From Planctomycetota bacterium (lineage in GTDB: Bacteria; Planctomycetota; UBA8108; UBA1146; JAJFFE01), in contig JBFWWP010000032.1 in assembly GCA_050246115.1 (NCBI GenBank), forward strand, positions 1,078-65,077: a stretch of DNA of 64,000 bases, given 5' to 3'. A model generated the notes under the pieces. The model did no database searches and had not been told where the DNA came from. It worked only from the letters and a program-made list of their open reading frames with translations. Each line of letters opens with the position of its first letter. Position 1 is the first letter of the stretch. The position numbers and the translations under genes are program-made. Of the stretch, positions 46,526 through 56,052 are shown piece by piece.

Positions 46526-49500
46526 ATGCGCCGATCGAGTGGCCTTGGTGCGTGGAGCGTCGTCCTGCTTTGGGCCATGGCCCTCGTGTGCCGGCCTGGG
46601 GCCGCCTTCGCGCAGGACATCGACATTGACCTGCTCGCGGGCATGAAGGCACGTGCGATCGGGCCCGCCACCATGAGTGGGCGGATCGCCGCGATCGACG
46701 CCGTCGTCGCCGATCCGCGGATCATCTACGTCGGCGCGGCGACGGGCGGGTTGTGGAAGACCACCAACGGCGGCCTGGAGTGGACGCCGCTCTTCGACGA
46801 TCAAGAAGCGCATGCCGTCGGAGCGGTCGCGATCTTCCAGCGCTCGCCTGACCTCGTCTGGGTTGGCACGGGAGAAGGCAATCCGCGAAACAGCGCTTCC
46901 GTCGGCAACGGCGTGTATCGCTCGCGCGACGGCGGGAAGACCTGGGTCCATCTGGGCCTCGCGAAGACCGAGCGGATCCATCGCATTTGCCTGCATCCCA
47001 CGGACCCCGACGTGGCCTATGTCGCGGCCATGGGGACATCTTGGGGCGAGAACTCCGAGCGCGGCGTCTATCGCACGACCGACGGCGGCCGCAGCTGGGA
47101 GCGCATCCTGTTCGTCGACGAGCGCACCGGGTGTGCCGACCTCGCCATCGACCCCACGAACCCCGCGAAGCTGTTCGCCGCGATGTGGGATCACCGCCGG
47201 TGGCCGTGGTCGTTTCGCTCCGGCGGGCCCGGATCGGGGTTGTTCGTGACCGACGACGGCGGCAACCACTGGCAGCGGCGCACCGAAGACGACGGCCTGC
47301 CGGCGGGAGATCTGGGGCGCATCGGGCTCGCGATCGCGCCGTCGGCCCCGCACGTCGTGTATGCGTACGTCGAGGCCCGCGAGAACTGCATCTGCCGGTC
47401 GGACGATGGCGGTGTGACGTGGCGGGTGGTGAGCACCGGGCAGGACATCGGCAATCGTCCCTTCTACTACGCGGATCTCCGAGTGGACCCGGTCGACCCG
47501 AAGCGGGTCTATAGCCTCTGGTCTCTGGTCAGCGTTTCCATCGATGGCGGCAAGAACTTCGAGATCCTCGTGCCCTTTGCCGAAGTGCATCCGGATCACC
47601 ATGCGTTGTGGATCAATCCGACCGACCCCCGGCACTTGATCAATGGCAACGATGGCGGCGTCGCCATCAGCCATGACCAGGGGCGCACCTGGCGTTACGT
47701 TCGGAACCTTCCCCTCGCGCAGTTCTATCATGTGCGCTACGACCTCGAGCGCCCCTACAACCTGTACGGCGGTCTGCAGGACAACGGCTCTTGGAAAGGA
47801 CCGAGCACCGTTTGGGAGAACGGCGGGATCCGCAACTACCACTGGCAGGAGGTGGCGTTCGGTGACGGTTTCGACACCGTGCCGGATCCTCGCGATCCCA
47901 CGACCGGGTATGCCATGAGCCAGGAGGGGTATCTGTGTCGGTGGAACACCGTGACCGGCGAGCGCAAGATGATCCGGCCGGAAGGGCCAGCGGGCGTAGA
48001 GCTACGCTTCAACTGGAACGCCGCGATCGCGATCGACGGGTCCCAGCCCGACACGATCTACTTCGGGAGTCAGTTCGTGCACCGCTCGCGAGATCGGGGG
48101 GAGACCTGGGATGTCATCAGCGGGGATCTGACCACCAATCACCCGGAGTGGCAGCAGCAGACCCGCAGCGGGGGACTCACGCCCGACGTGACCGGGGCGG
48201 AGAACTTCACGACCATCGTGGCGCTTGCGCCGAGTCCGCTCGATTCGTCGATCCTCTGGGTCGGAACGGACGACGGTCGGCTCCACGTCACGCGCGATGC
48301 CGGAGCGAGTTGGACCAGCCTCGAGGAACGGGTGCCCGGAGTGCCCCGGCACGCTTGGATTCCCCACATCACACCGTCGCAGCATCACGATGGGACCGCG
48401 TACGTCGTGTTCGACGATCATCGACGGTCGAACTGGGAACCCTACCTGTTTCGCACTCGTGACTTTGGCCAGACTTGGACCCGGCTCGCGGGCGCCGGGG
48501 TTTCGGGCTACTGCCTAGCCGTGGCCGAGGATCCGGTCGATCCCGATCTGCTCTTTCTCGGTACCGAGTTCGGTCTCTACTTGAGCTGTGACGGCGGGGC
48601 CCGTTGGCAGCGATGGAGTCACGGAGTTCCCCATGCATCGGTCATGGACCTTGCCATCCATCCGCGCGAGCATGACCTCATCGTCGCGACCCACGGGCGC
48701 GCGCTCTTCGTTCTCGACGACATTCGTCCGCTGCGGGGCCTGACCGGGGAGAAGCTGGCGGCACCGCTCACCTTGTTCGAGATCCCGCCGGCACAGCAGT
48801 ATTGGGTCGCCCAGACCGGATCGTCGCGGTTCGCGGGGCACGAGGAGTTCCGCGGTGCGAGCCGACCCTACGGTGCCCTGATCACGTTCGCGCTCAACGG
48901 TGACGGGTTGCCGCATCCCGACGAGCAGCAAGAGCGCTTGCGCAAAGAGCGAGCGCGCGCGGCCCGGGCCACGCTGGGGGACGGGCCGGAACCCCGAGCG
49001 CCGGGGGAGGGCGCCGCAGAGTCCAAGGCGGATCCGAAGCCCGAAGTCGAGATTCAGATCGCCACTCGCGACGGCACGGTCATTCGCACCTTCAAGCAGT
49101 CGGCGAAGCTCGGGATCAATCGAGTCGTCTGGAACCTGCGGCAGAAGGGGTTTCGCAGCCCACGCGACCCGGACGCGCCCCAGCCGTCGGCGGACGCCGA
49201 AGAGCCGCAGGGCCCCGAGGTGGTTCCCGGCGACTATCGGTTGACCGTCAAGTACCAGGACTACGTGGCTTCCGGTGTCGTGCAGGTGCTCGCCGATCCA
49301 CGCCTCCCGATCCCGCTGGCCGAGCGTGAGCGGAAGAGATCCGCGCAGTTACAGGTTGCGCAGTGGATCGAGACTCTCGCCATTGCCCTCGAACGAATTG
49401 GCGAAGTGAGGGGCGACCTGACGCGGGTGACGGAGAAGAGCGTTCAGCGCGACCGCCAACTCGGTGTGAAGCGCAAGGCCGGTGAGGAGACGGAACTCGC

Positions 49501-49825
49501 GCAGCGCGTGCAGCAGCTTCGCAAGGGACTCGATGAGGTCGAGAAGCGCCTGCGCAAGCCCGACGAGAGCAAGGGCATTCTCGCCGACGACACCGCCCTC
49601 GACCTCCTCTACCGGGCCAGCTGGTTCCTCGGCTCCTCTTGGGACGCTCCGACTGCTGCGCAGCAGGTCCTCATGGAGCGCGCGAGTAGCCAGCTGCAGT
49701 CGGTGCTCGACTCCCTCGACGAACTGCTCGCGCGCGAGGTGCCCGCACTCCGCGCGCTCGCGGTCGGAGAGGGATTCGACCTGTTCCAGCCCCAGGAGCC
49801 CTTGCGGCTATGGTTGCCCCGATGA
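46526..49825 (+). CDS. Large secreted BNR/Asp-box-repeat (sortilin/Vps10-like) beta-propeller protein
   Basis: GAGGAGG SD then ATG 46526. Signal MRRSSGLGAWSVVLLWAMALVCRPGAAFA. Repeated S-x-D-x-G-x-T-W Asp-box motifs (YRSRDGGKTW, YRTTDGGRSW, SDDGGVTW, SHDQGRTW, TRDAGASW, TRDFGQTW, SCDGGARW). Confidence 0.7.
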   Translation: MRRSSGLGAWSVVLLWAMALVCRPGAAFAQDIDIDLLAGMKARAIGPATMSGRIAAIDAVVADPRIIYVGAATGGLWKTTNGGLEWTPLFDDQEAHAVGAVAIFQRSPDLVWVGTGEGNPRNSASVGNGVYRSRDGGKTWVHLGLAKTERIHRICLHPTDPDVAYVAAMGTSWGENSERGVYRTTDGGRSWERILFVDERTGCADLAIDPTNPAKLFAAMWDHRRWPWSFRSGGPGSGLFVTDDGGNHWQRRTEDDGLPAGDLGRIGLAIAPSAPHVVYAYVEARENCICRSDDGGVTWRVVSTGQDIGNRPFYYADLRVDPVDPKRVYSLWSLVSVSIDGGKNFEILVPFAEVHPDHHALWINPTDPRHLINGNDGGVAISHDQGRTWRYVRNLPLAQFYHVRYDLERPYNLYGGLQDNGSWKGPSTVWENGGIRNYHWQEVAFGDGFDTVPDPRDPTTGYAMSQEGYLCRWNTVTGERKMIRPEGPAGVELRFNWNAAIAIDGSQPDTIYFGSQFVHRSRDRGETWDVISGDLTTNHPEWQQQTRSGGLTPDVTGAENFTTIVALAPSPLDSSILWVGTDDGRLHVTRDAGASWTSLEERVPGVPRHAWIPHITPSQHHDGTAYVVFDDHRRSNWEPYLFRTRDFGQTWTRLAGAGVSGYCLAVAEDPVDPDLLFLGTEFGLYLSCDGGARWQRWSHGVPHASVMDLAIHPREHDLIVATHGRALFVLDDIRPLRGLTGEKLAAPLTLFEIPPAQQYWVAQTGSSRFAGHEEFRGASRPYGALITFALNGDGLPHPDEQQERLRKERARAARATLGDGPEPRAPGEGAAESKADPKPEVEIQIATRDGTVIRTFKQSAKLGINRVVWNLRQKGFRSPRDPDAPQPSADAEEPQGPEVVPGDYRLTVKYQDYVASGVVQVLADPRLPIPLAERERKRSAQLQVAQWIETLAIALERIGEVRGDLTRVTEKSVQRDRQLGVKRKAGEETELAQRVQQLRKGLDEVEKRLRKPDESKGILADDTALDLLYRASWFLGSSWDAPTAAQQVLMERASSQLQSVLDSLDELLAREVPALRALAVGEGFDLFQPQEPLRLWLPR

Positions 49826-50213
49826 GTCGCTGGCGGACGCGCGGCGCGTAGCGGTCGTCCCCGCGCGAGTGCTCTCATCGCGAGCTTCGCAGCCCGGCAC
49901 GTGGTTCCACCCGACGGCCGCCGTGGCGACCGGATGGCGCCGACCCCGAGGGGTCAGGGTCGACCCCCGACTCACGTTCTCGAAAATCGTTTCGGCGAAC
50001 CGGGCGACTCGCGACGTGTATGAGGTAGGACGGACGTTGGGCGTCGGTGAACCCTCGCCCGGCGAGGGCAAGGGGTGCCGCCCCTTCGCCCTCGGCCGGG
50101 TTTCTTCACGGTTCGGGTCCACCCCGGACGTGACCGCCCGGAAACCGCGATGCCCGGCCACCGGATCGCTCGTTTCGCGTCTCATCTTCGTGCGTGGTTG
50201 ACGAGGCAATGTA

Positions 50214-52166
50214 ATGTCACCCGAGTATCGATACCTACGATCTGACGCGCTCCCCGACCGCGTATCCCTCGAGGCTTGTGTGGAAACATGCGCCGAGCGG
50301 GCATGGCGGCTCGCCTACGCGCTGTTGCGCAGCCACGACGACGCGTTCGACGTGGTGCAGCAGGCGTGTCTCGTTGCCGCCCTCAAGCCCGGGCAGATCC
50401 CGCGTCCACCCGCCGATCCCTGGCCCTGGTTCAGTGTGGTCATTGCGAACGAGGCTCGCAACTCCCGGCGCAAGGCTCGGAGAAGTCCACTGTCGCTCGC
50501 GAGCGGTGAGAAAGGAGAGTCCATGGATGTCGTCGACCATCGCGGGGTGGATCCAACGGACGCACTCGCCGTCGAGGACTCGCACCGCGCGCTGTGGCGA
50601 GAGATCGATGCGCTCCCTGAGCCGGAGCGCACGGCGTTGGTGCTCACCCGTATCGGCGGCCTCAGCCATGAAGCCGTTGCCCGCTCGGTCGGAGTGCCGC
50701 GTCAAACGCTGACGTCTCAGATCGCGCGCGCGATGGAGCGTCTGCGCGCTCGACTGCGGCGGGAGGATCCCGCGATTCTTGCGCAAATGGCGCTCTTGCC
50801 GGTGGCGCTCCCCGACCGCGGTTGGTCCGCGGCGATCGCCGCCTGGAAGACCACGGCTTCGGCTGGTCTGGCTGCGAAAGCGGCCGCCGGCACCATGACC
50901 CTAGGAGGTATCATGACACTCAGCAAGCCAACGCTGGCAGCGGCGATTTCGGTGGCACTTGGCGTCGGCTTGACCACGGGCTACTTCGCGGGCGATCACC
51001 GGCCGACTGCGCTGCGGGGAGTCGAGGAACGAGCCCAAAGTGAGCACGCAGCGATCGCGACGCTCGCAGACGCACCTGCGGCCCTACGACCGGTGATCGA
51101 CGCAGCCATCGCGGAGGCCTGCGCGACGACCTCCGCCCGTGTCCGCGAGTCGTTCGACTCCGAGCTTGCGGCCCTTCGCGCCCAGCACGAATCCGTGGTC
51201 GCCGAGCGCGACGCGCTCCGCGGCCAACTGGCTGAACTCGAAACCCCGAGTGACCCCGCAGGCCCGACCTTCACCTTCGGCGAAGGCGGACAGCTCCCGG
51301 AGGTGGCGCAGGCGAACTGGGCGGAGATGGCAGAGGCCTCCCACATCGTCGCTGGCGCGATCAAGGACATGGTCGCCTACCAAGATCGCGGCGAACCGGT
51401 CCCGACGAGCGTCGGCATTGCGATGCAGGAGAACGTCGAGAAGATGCGCAAGTACGAGTATCGCGTCTTCCAGAAGCTCCCATCCGAGGCCCGGTTCAAC
51501 GGCGAGTTCACGCACCCGATCTCGGTCACCAACCTGCTCGCAGCCGAGCTGACGCGTTCCGGGCTGCCGCTCACCGCCCCGCAGGTCGAGGCCATCAGCC
51601 GAGTCGGGGAGCAGTACGAGCAAGACGCCGCGCGCTACCGCGACAACTACCCGCCCGACACGCTTCGAGTGCGCAGGATCCTCGACGAGTACCTGCTCAA
51701 GAGCGACTTCACCGAGGCGGTCTACGAGGTGCTCACTCGTGAGCAACGACAGATCATCATCGATCCGGCGACGAACCGCATCGCGTTCCTCGATCTCTAC
51801 TGCCCCTCGCTGATGATCATCCACACGTCGCCGATCCTCCAGGGTGCGACGCCCGAGGAGTTGAAGACCAAGCTGGGGCAACTCGTGAGCGCTCGCTACT
51901 CGTTGGCCGACGCCGAAGGGGTCTGGCTCGAAGGGCTACTCCAAAACTGGCGCGCCCGCGTAGCCCCGATCCTGCACGAGGTTCCACCCCATCGCGTCCG
52001 CTACTACACTTTCGAAGAGAGCGTGATCGCCGGACACGCCACAGTGGAGCTACTGACCGAGCTACTCGGCCACGCGACCGACGACGCCGCGCGCGCCACG
52101 ATCCTGGATGAGGCTGGCTTCCTCATCCCGCGACTCGTCGCGGCGCCGACCGTCAGTCAAGGCTGA
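50214..52166 (+). CDS. ECF sigma factor fused to a transmembrane segment and a ~400-aa extracytoplasmic domain (second sigma/anti-sigma-like single polypeptide)
   Basis: Region 2 DDAFDVVQQACLVAAL...PWFSVVIANEARN. Region 4 ERTALVLTRIGGLSHEAVARSVGVPRQTLTSQIARAMERL. Hydrophobic segment LGGIMTLSKPTLAAAISVALGVGLTTGYF. Long helical C-terminal domain with no recognised family. Confidence 0.7.
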   Translation: MSPEYRYLRSDALPDRVSLEACVETCAERAWRLAYALLRSHDDAFDVVQQACLVAALKPGQIPRPPADPWPWFSVVIANEARNSRRKARRSPLSLASGEKGESMDVVDHRGVDPTDALAVEDSHRALWREIDALPEPERTALVLTRIGGLSHEAVARSVGVPRQTLTSQIARAMERLRARLRREDPAILAQMALLPVALPDRGWSAAIAAWKTTASAGLAAKAAAGTMTLGGIMTLSKPTLAAAISVALGVGLTTGYFAGDHRPTALRGVEERAQSEHAAIATLADAPAALRPVIDAAIAEACATTSARVRESFDSELAALRAQHESVVAERDALRGQLAELETPSDPAGPTFTFGEGGQLPEVAQANWAEMAEASHIVAGAIKDMVAYQDRGEPVPTSVGIAMQENVEKMRKYEYRVFQKLPSEARFNGEFTHPISVTNLLAAELTRSGLPLTAPQVEAISRVGEQYEQDAARYRDNYPPDTLRVRRILDEYLLKSDFTEAVYEVLTREQRQIIIDPATNRIAFLDLYCPSLMIIHTSPILQGATPEELKTKLGQLVSARYSLADAEGVWLEGLLQNWRARVAPILHEVPPHRVRYYTFEESVIAGHATVELLTELLGHATDDAARATILDEAGFLIPRLVAAPTVSQG

Positions 52167-52292
52167 GCCCACGCTCGAGGCCCGGAGTTCCTGCAGACCC
52201 AAGCGGAGCTGCAGCGGTTGCGCGCCGATTTCGAGGAGCTCGTGCCGAGCGACGAGCGCGAGGCCCTGAAGCAAGCGCATGCCGCGCTTGCT

Positions 52293-53090
52293 TCAGGCCG
52301 AGGTTGGTTCAGGCCGAGGTTGCGCACTGCGGTTCAAGGGTTCAAGGGGCGGGCCCTTTCGGAGCTGCTCCAATTCACTTCGGAGCGCCGCCCAGTACCT
52401 CCGGTCGACTTCACGTTCGGTGCGTTCCTCCGTCGCGATCTCGTTTTCGACTCCGACGAGGTCACCTTTGCAAGCGGCGGACACCGCGGGTCGTTCGTCG
52501 GCACACTCGGCAGCAAGTTGCGGTTGTTGGGTACAGAGTTCGACCAGAAACTCGGCCGTCCTCAGTTCCGCTAGCCAGAAACGGACTTTGGCCGGGTTTG
52601 CCGCCGCTCGGCCGGAGACATAGCTTGCTTCGACGAGGCGCCGCAGCATCCCCCGGTCCTGGTCACGCTGAGTCTTCTTGGCTCGGACGAGGTCCGGTAG
52701 CGACATGACCTCGATCGTCGCGCCGCCTCCGACCTCGATGGTAGTGCGTCGTGCGCACAACCGCTCGAAGTCTGCCACACCGCGCATGACCGCCATCACG
52801 TCCACCCTCATGCCGCGAGCCTCGGGATGATGACAGCGAAAGTGGATGCCATGACCGCGTTGGAGCTACTCGAGTTCGAGGGGAGGAACTGCGATCGTCT
52901 CCGCTTGCAGTTCCCGCAGAGCCTCACGGAGCCGGACGAGGTTCTCTTCGGACGAGCGAATCGCCAGGTTTGTGTCCCGGCTAAACTCCGCCCCTCCGTA
53001 CAATACGCAGGCTTGCCCCCCCATGAGGAGGCTCTGCACTTGGTGCCTTTGCATCGTAGAAAGGACTTTGCGTATCGGGCTCGGGGTCAA
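52293..53090 (-). pseudogene. Nucleotidyltransferase-like ORF interrupted by an in-frame TAG (52863-52865); candidate pseudogene
   Basis: Track ORFs 52866..53090 and 52293..52811 are in the same frame, separated only by TAG. Translation across it reads ...AVPPLELE*LQRGHGIHFRCHHPEARGMRVDVMAV.... Family assignment (minimal nucleotidyltransferase / AbiEii-like) is low confidence. Confidence 0.35.
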
Positions 53091-53541
53091 GGCTACCTCC
53101 CAGCATGAGGAAGTCGTTCCACAACTTCATGGACTCGGCGAATCGCTCGGCCGGGCTCAGCAGGTACCAAGCGGACCACTCGTACCCGCACACGTCGGCG
53201 GGTATCCAATCGGGCTGAGTCCCCACCCAGAGTTTCCTTCCACTGGCGCTACGCTACGCAGATCGTTCCACCGGGCTCGAGGGTGGGCCCAGCGACGCGT
53301 GCTGGAACGCTCTCGGGCCCCAAAGCCCCAATGCGTTGAGTCGAGTCTACGCGCCTGCCCCCGCAGTTCTCAAGGCCCCGGCACGCGAGTTCAGGGGTTC
53401 GGCATCCTCTGGCCCGGCGAACATCGCGCTCGACGCGAACCTCCCGCGCGAACCTCCCGCCCGAGAGTACTCCGCCCAGTGTGCACGAACACCCCGCCGG
53501 GCCGGCCGCTCGAGACTCGTTTCACGAATCGACCCACTGCC

Positions 53542-53620
53542 TATCGGCGGCCTCAGCCATGAAGCTCGTTGCCCGCTCGGAGGTATCATGACACTCAGCG
53601 AGCCAACGCTCGCAGCGGCG
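53542..53620. other. Chimeric remnant of the 50214..52166 sigma-fusion gene: two non-adjacent segments joined
   Basis: tatcggcggcctcagccatgaagc...gcccgctcgg matches 50651-50690. It is joined directly to aggtatcatgacactcagc.agccaacgct.gcagcggcg, which matches about 50906-50945. Confidence 0.5.
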
Positions 53621-53932
53621 GGGCTGCCGACTCCCCCGCGGGTGCGTCGCCCGCAGGCGCCACTCCCAGGCCACGCTCGCTTTCGGCTCCTAGCGTGAGA
53701 CGTGGTTCGGGAAGCCGATGAACGCGTTTCGCTTCGCGTGCAGCCTCCTGCTGCCTTCTCCAGCGCTGCCGCGCGTTACGGGGCAGTTCGGCCTCGTCGG
53801 CCTCGTTCCCTCGGAGTAACCCCTGCGATTCCGGACGTGGCCATTGTTTCGAAGGCGGGCGGAGCTACAGTCGTCGCACCAGCGCTCGCACAGGCGGGTG
53901 GCAATCTCGGCGGTGTTGACGGGAGGTCTCGG

Positions 53933-54226
53933 ATGCTCGAACTCGTGGCATGGGTCGTAGGCTGCGTCGTCGTGAGCTCGGAGCCGGCGGCGCCGCCACG
54001 CTTCGAAGCGCCTGTGCGACTCATGGCCGGTGAGAAACCGATGGGCGGCGACCGGCTCTATCCGTCGCCAGTGTTGCACGATGTCGATGGCGACGGGGTC
54101 GCGGATATGGTGATTGGCGATCTGGTCGGGAATCTCACTGTTTCGAAACGGGTCGCCGGCGCCTGGCTGGCCCCGACGCCACTCACCGCGGCCGACGGCA
54201 AGCCGCTCAAGTTCAACAACTGGTGA
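53933..54226 (+). CDS. N-terminal part (signal peptide + first FG-GAP repeat) of an FG-GAP/VCBS protein, ended by in-frame TGA 54224-54226
   Basis: MLELVAWVVGCVVVSSEPAAPP signal-like. VLHDVDGDGVADMVIGDLVG repeat. Same reading frame as the following 54236..55240 ORF. Confidence 0.35.
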   Translation: MLELVAWVVGCVVVSSEPAAPPRFEAPVRLMAGEKPMGGDRLYPSPVLHDVDGDGVADMVIGDLVGNLTVSKRVAGAWLAPTPLTAADGKPLKFNNW

Positions 54227-54235
54227 TGCATCGGC

Positions 54236-55240
54236 ATGGCTCCACAGTTCGTGGAGTTTAGCGGCGATCGGCATCTCGACATCGTCACTGCGACTTTCGA
54301 TGGTTCCGCGCACGTAGCTTTCGGAAGCGAAGGTGGGTTCCTCGCGCCCGAGCACATTCTCGACTCGAAAGGTCACCGGGTGTTGCTTGCGCAGTACTGG
54401 GACTATGAGCGCAAGGACTGGTTGGAGAACGCCAAGCAGCCCAAGGGACACTGCACCTCTGCCGTGGCGTTCGATTGGGACGGCGATGGCGACCTCGATC
54501 TGCTTCTCGGATCCTACGGTGATGGGCAACTCTATCGGCAGATGAACGAGGGCAAGGCCGGAGCCCCGCAGTTCACGGGCGTGAACCTGCCGATCTCCGC
54601 GGGGGGACAACCGCTACGCGTCGCAGGAGGCATCACGACCCCGCAGCTCGTCGACTGGAACGGCGACGGCCTCACCGACATCTTGTGTGGTGGTTTCGGC
54701 GACAGCTACGGCGACGGGCCCGGTGGGGGCGTCTGGGTCTACCTGAACTGCGGTGCGGCCAAGTCACCGAGCTTCGACGCACCGATCACGCTCATCCCAA
54801 CGAGTCCCAAGGGCGCGAAACAGCCGACCCGCCCCGACTCTGCCTTGTACGCACACGCAGTCGACTACGACGCCGACGGCGACCTGGACCTCATCGTCGG
54901 CGGATACAGCCACTGGAGTCCGCCCGCCCGATCGCTGAGTGAGGCCGAGCAAACGCGAGTGTTGGAACTCCAGCGCCAAATCGAGGGCGTAGAAGAGCGA
55001 GTCGCGAAGCTCTACGCCGCTGTCGAGAAAGGGCTCGAAGCCGCCACTCCGGAAGCGCAAAGCGCCGCGATCGACAAGCTCTTCGAAAGCCCGGAGTTCC
55101 TGGAGGCTCAAGCGGAGCTGCAGCGGCTGCACGCCGAACTCGACGGACTCGTGCCCAGCGACAAGCGCGAGGCCTTCGTCTGGTACTACGAGAGATCGAC
55201 CGCGAGCCAGTCGACGACGAAGACCACCGGTACCTTCTGA
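54236..55240 (+). CDS. FG-GAP/VCBS-repeat protein (C-terminal portion if the TGA at 54224 is a disruption)
   Basis: Repeats FDWDGDGDLDLLLGSYGDGQLY, VDWNGDGLTDILCGGFGDSYGDG, VDYDADGDLDLIVGGYSHW. Helical C-terminal tail. Stop TGA 55238-55240, immediately abutted by an IS fragment. Confidence 0.6.
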   Translation: MAPQFVEFSGDRHLDIVTATFDGSAHVAFGSEGGFLAPEHILDSKGHRVLLAQYWDYERKDWLENAKQPKGHCTSAVAFDWDGDGDLDLLLGSYGDGQLYRQMNEGKAGAPQFTGVNLPISAGGQPLRVAGGITTPQLVDWNGDGLTDILCGGFGDSYGDGPGGGVWVYLNCGAAKSPSFDAPITLIPTSPKGAKQPTRPDSALYAHAVDYDADGDLDLIVGGYSHWSPPARSLSEAEQTRVLELQRQIEGVEERVAKLYAAVEKGLEAATPEAQSAAIDKLFESPEFLEAQAELQRLHAELDGLVPSDKREAFVWYYERSTASQSTTKTTGTF

Positions 55241-55242
55241 GG

Positions 55243-55770
55243 ACCCCGGTGCCCACACGGTCTCCCACTGACCCTGGTGGCAGTTGAGGGCACGGGCGAC
55301 CTGGCTACCTGAGAACTGCATGAACTTGGGAAGGGTCTTTCCAGAGTACGAGACGACGAGGTGCAAGTGATTGCTCAAGACCTGGAAGGCGTGGACCCTG
55401 ACCGAGTAGCGCTCCGCCGCGACGGCGAGCAGATACAAGATGAGCTGGTTCACCTCCCGGCTCGGCCGAAGTCGATGCTGACGTTTCAAGACGCGTCGCG
55501 TCACCATGACCGTGCCGCTCGGCGGCAGCAGGCGTGGGGGTGTCGCCATGCGAACTCCTCTCACGGAGGATGTTCGCAATCCGCCAGCCGGGCTGTTATC
55601 AGCGACCCCGAAAGGCCGCAACTGCAGACTACCACCGCGATTGAACCTCCGACGTCAGGGAATCGTCGGCCCTGGGGCCAACGACCGAACCAGGACGAAG
55701 CACCGGAGGCGGTTGCCCGAGTGGTGGGGGGCGGGGCACGGGGATTTCTCTCGGGCGGGTGTTTCCCCCC
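55243..55770 (-). mobile_element. IS fragment: right-end sequence plus the 5' ~105 codons of the HUH transposase gene (55243..55558), truncated
   Basis: Near-identical to 57845..58391 of the complete copy. Homology begins exactly 2 bp after the FG-GAP gene stop and ends near gggcgggtgtttcccc. Confidence 0.75.
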
Positions 55771-55803
55771 AAAGGCCTAAAGGGCCCGGAGGACTGCCCC
55801 GAG

Positions 55804-56052
55804 ATGCTAAAGGTCATCGAAAGGCTAGAACTGGTGATTCGATTGCGCGAGTTGCGCGCAAGACTCAACTGCCGCAATGCACGAAACGCGGGGCATGCGG
55901 AAGCATGGGAGAACTATAGACTGGCACTTTTGTATTGTCGGTACAAAATCCTGACCGAGTGCTCGGAGCCACGCGCTCCCGGGCTTCCTGACCTGATTCC
56001 GCCGACGCCGATGGAGCCGCCACCAGACCCGCCGATCGACGAAGGAGGTTGA
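55804..56052 (+). CDS. Small hypothetical protein (83 aa), lower-GC cargo between IS copies
   Basis: ATG 55804 (MLKVIERLELVIRLRELRAR...). Stop overlaps the ATG of the next ORF. No known domain. Confidence 0.35.
   Translation: MLKVIERLELVIRLRELRARLNCRNARNAGHAEAWENYRLALLYCRYKILTECSEPRAPGLPDLIPPTPMEPPPDPPIDEGG

Noticed and set aside
46484-47842. 452-aa minus ORF antisense to the BNR/Asp-box protein gene
   Set aside because: Antisense artefact. The plus-strand frame has seven canonical Asp-box motifs.
54764-55621. 285-aa minus ORF appearing to be a full-length transposase copy
   Set aside because: Only its first ~105 codons (55243..55558) match the transposase. The remainder is the antisense strand of the FG-GAP gene, read through because no stop intervenes. 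Treated as a truncated IS fragment.
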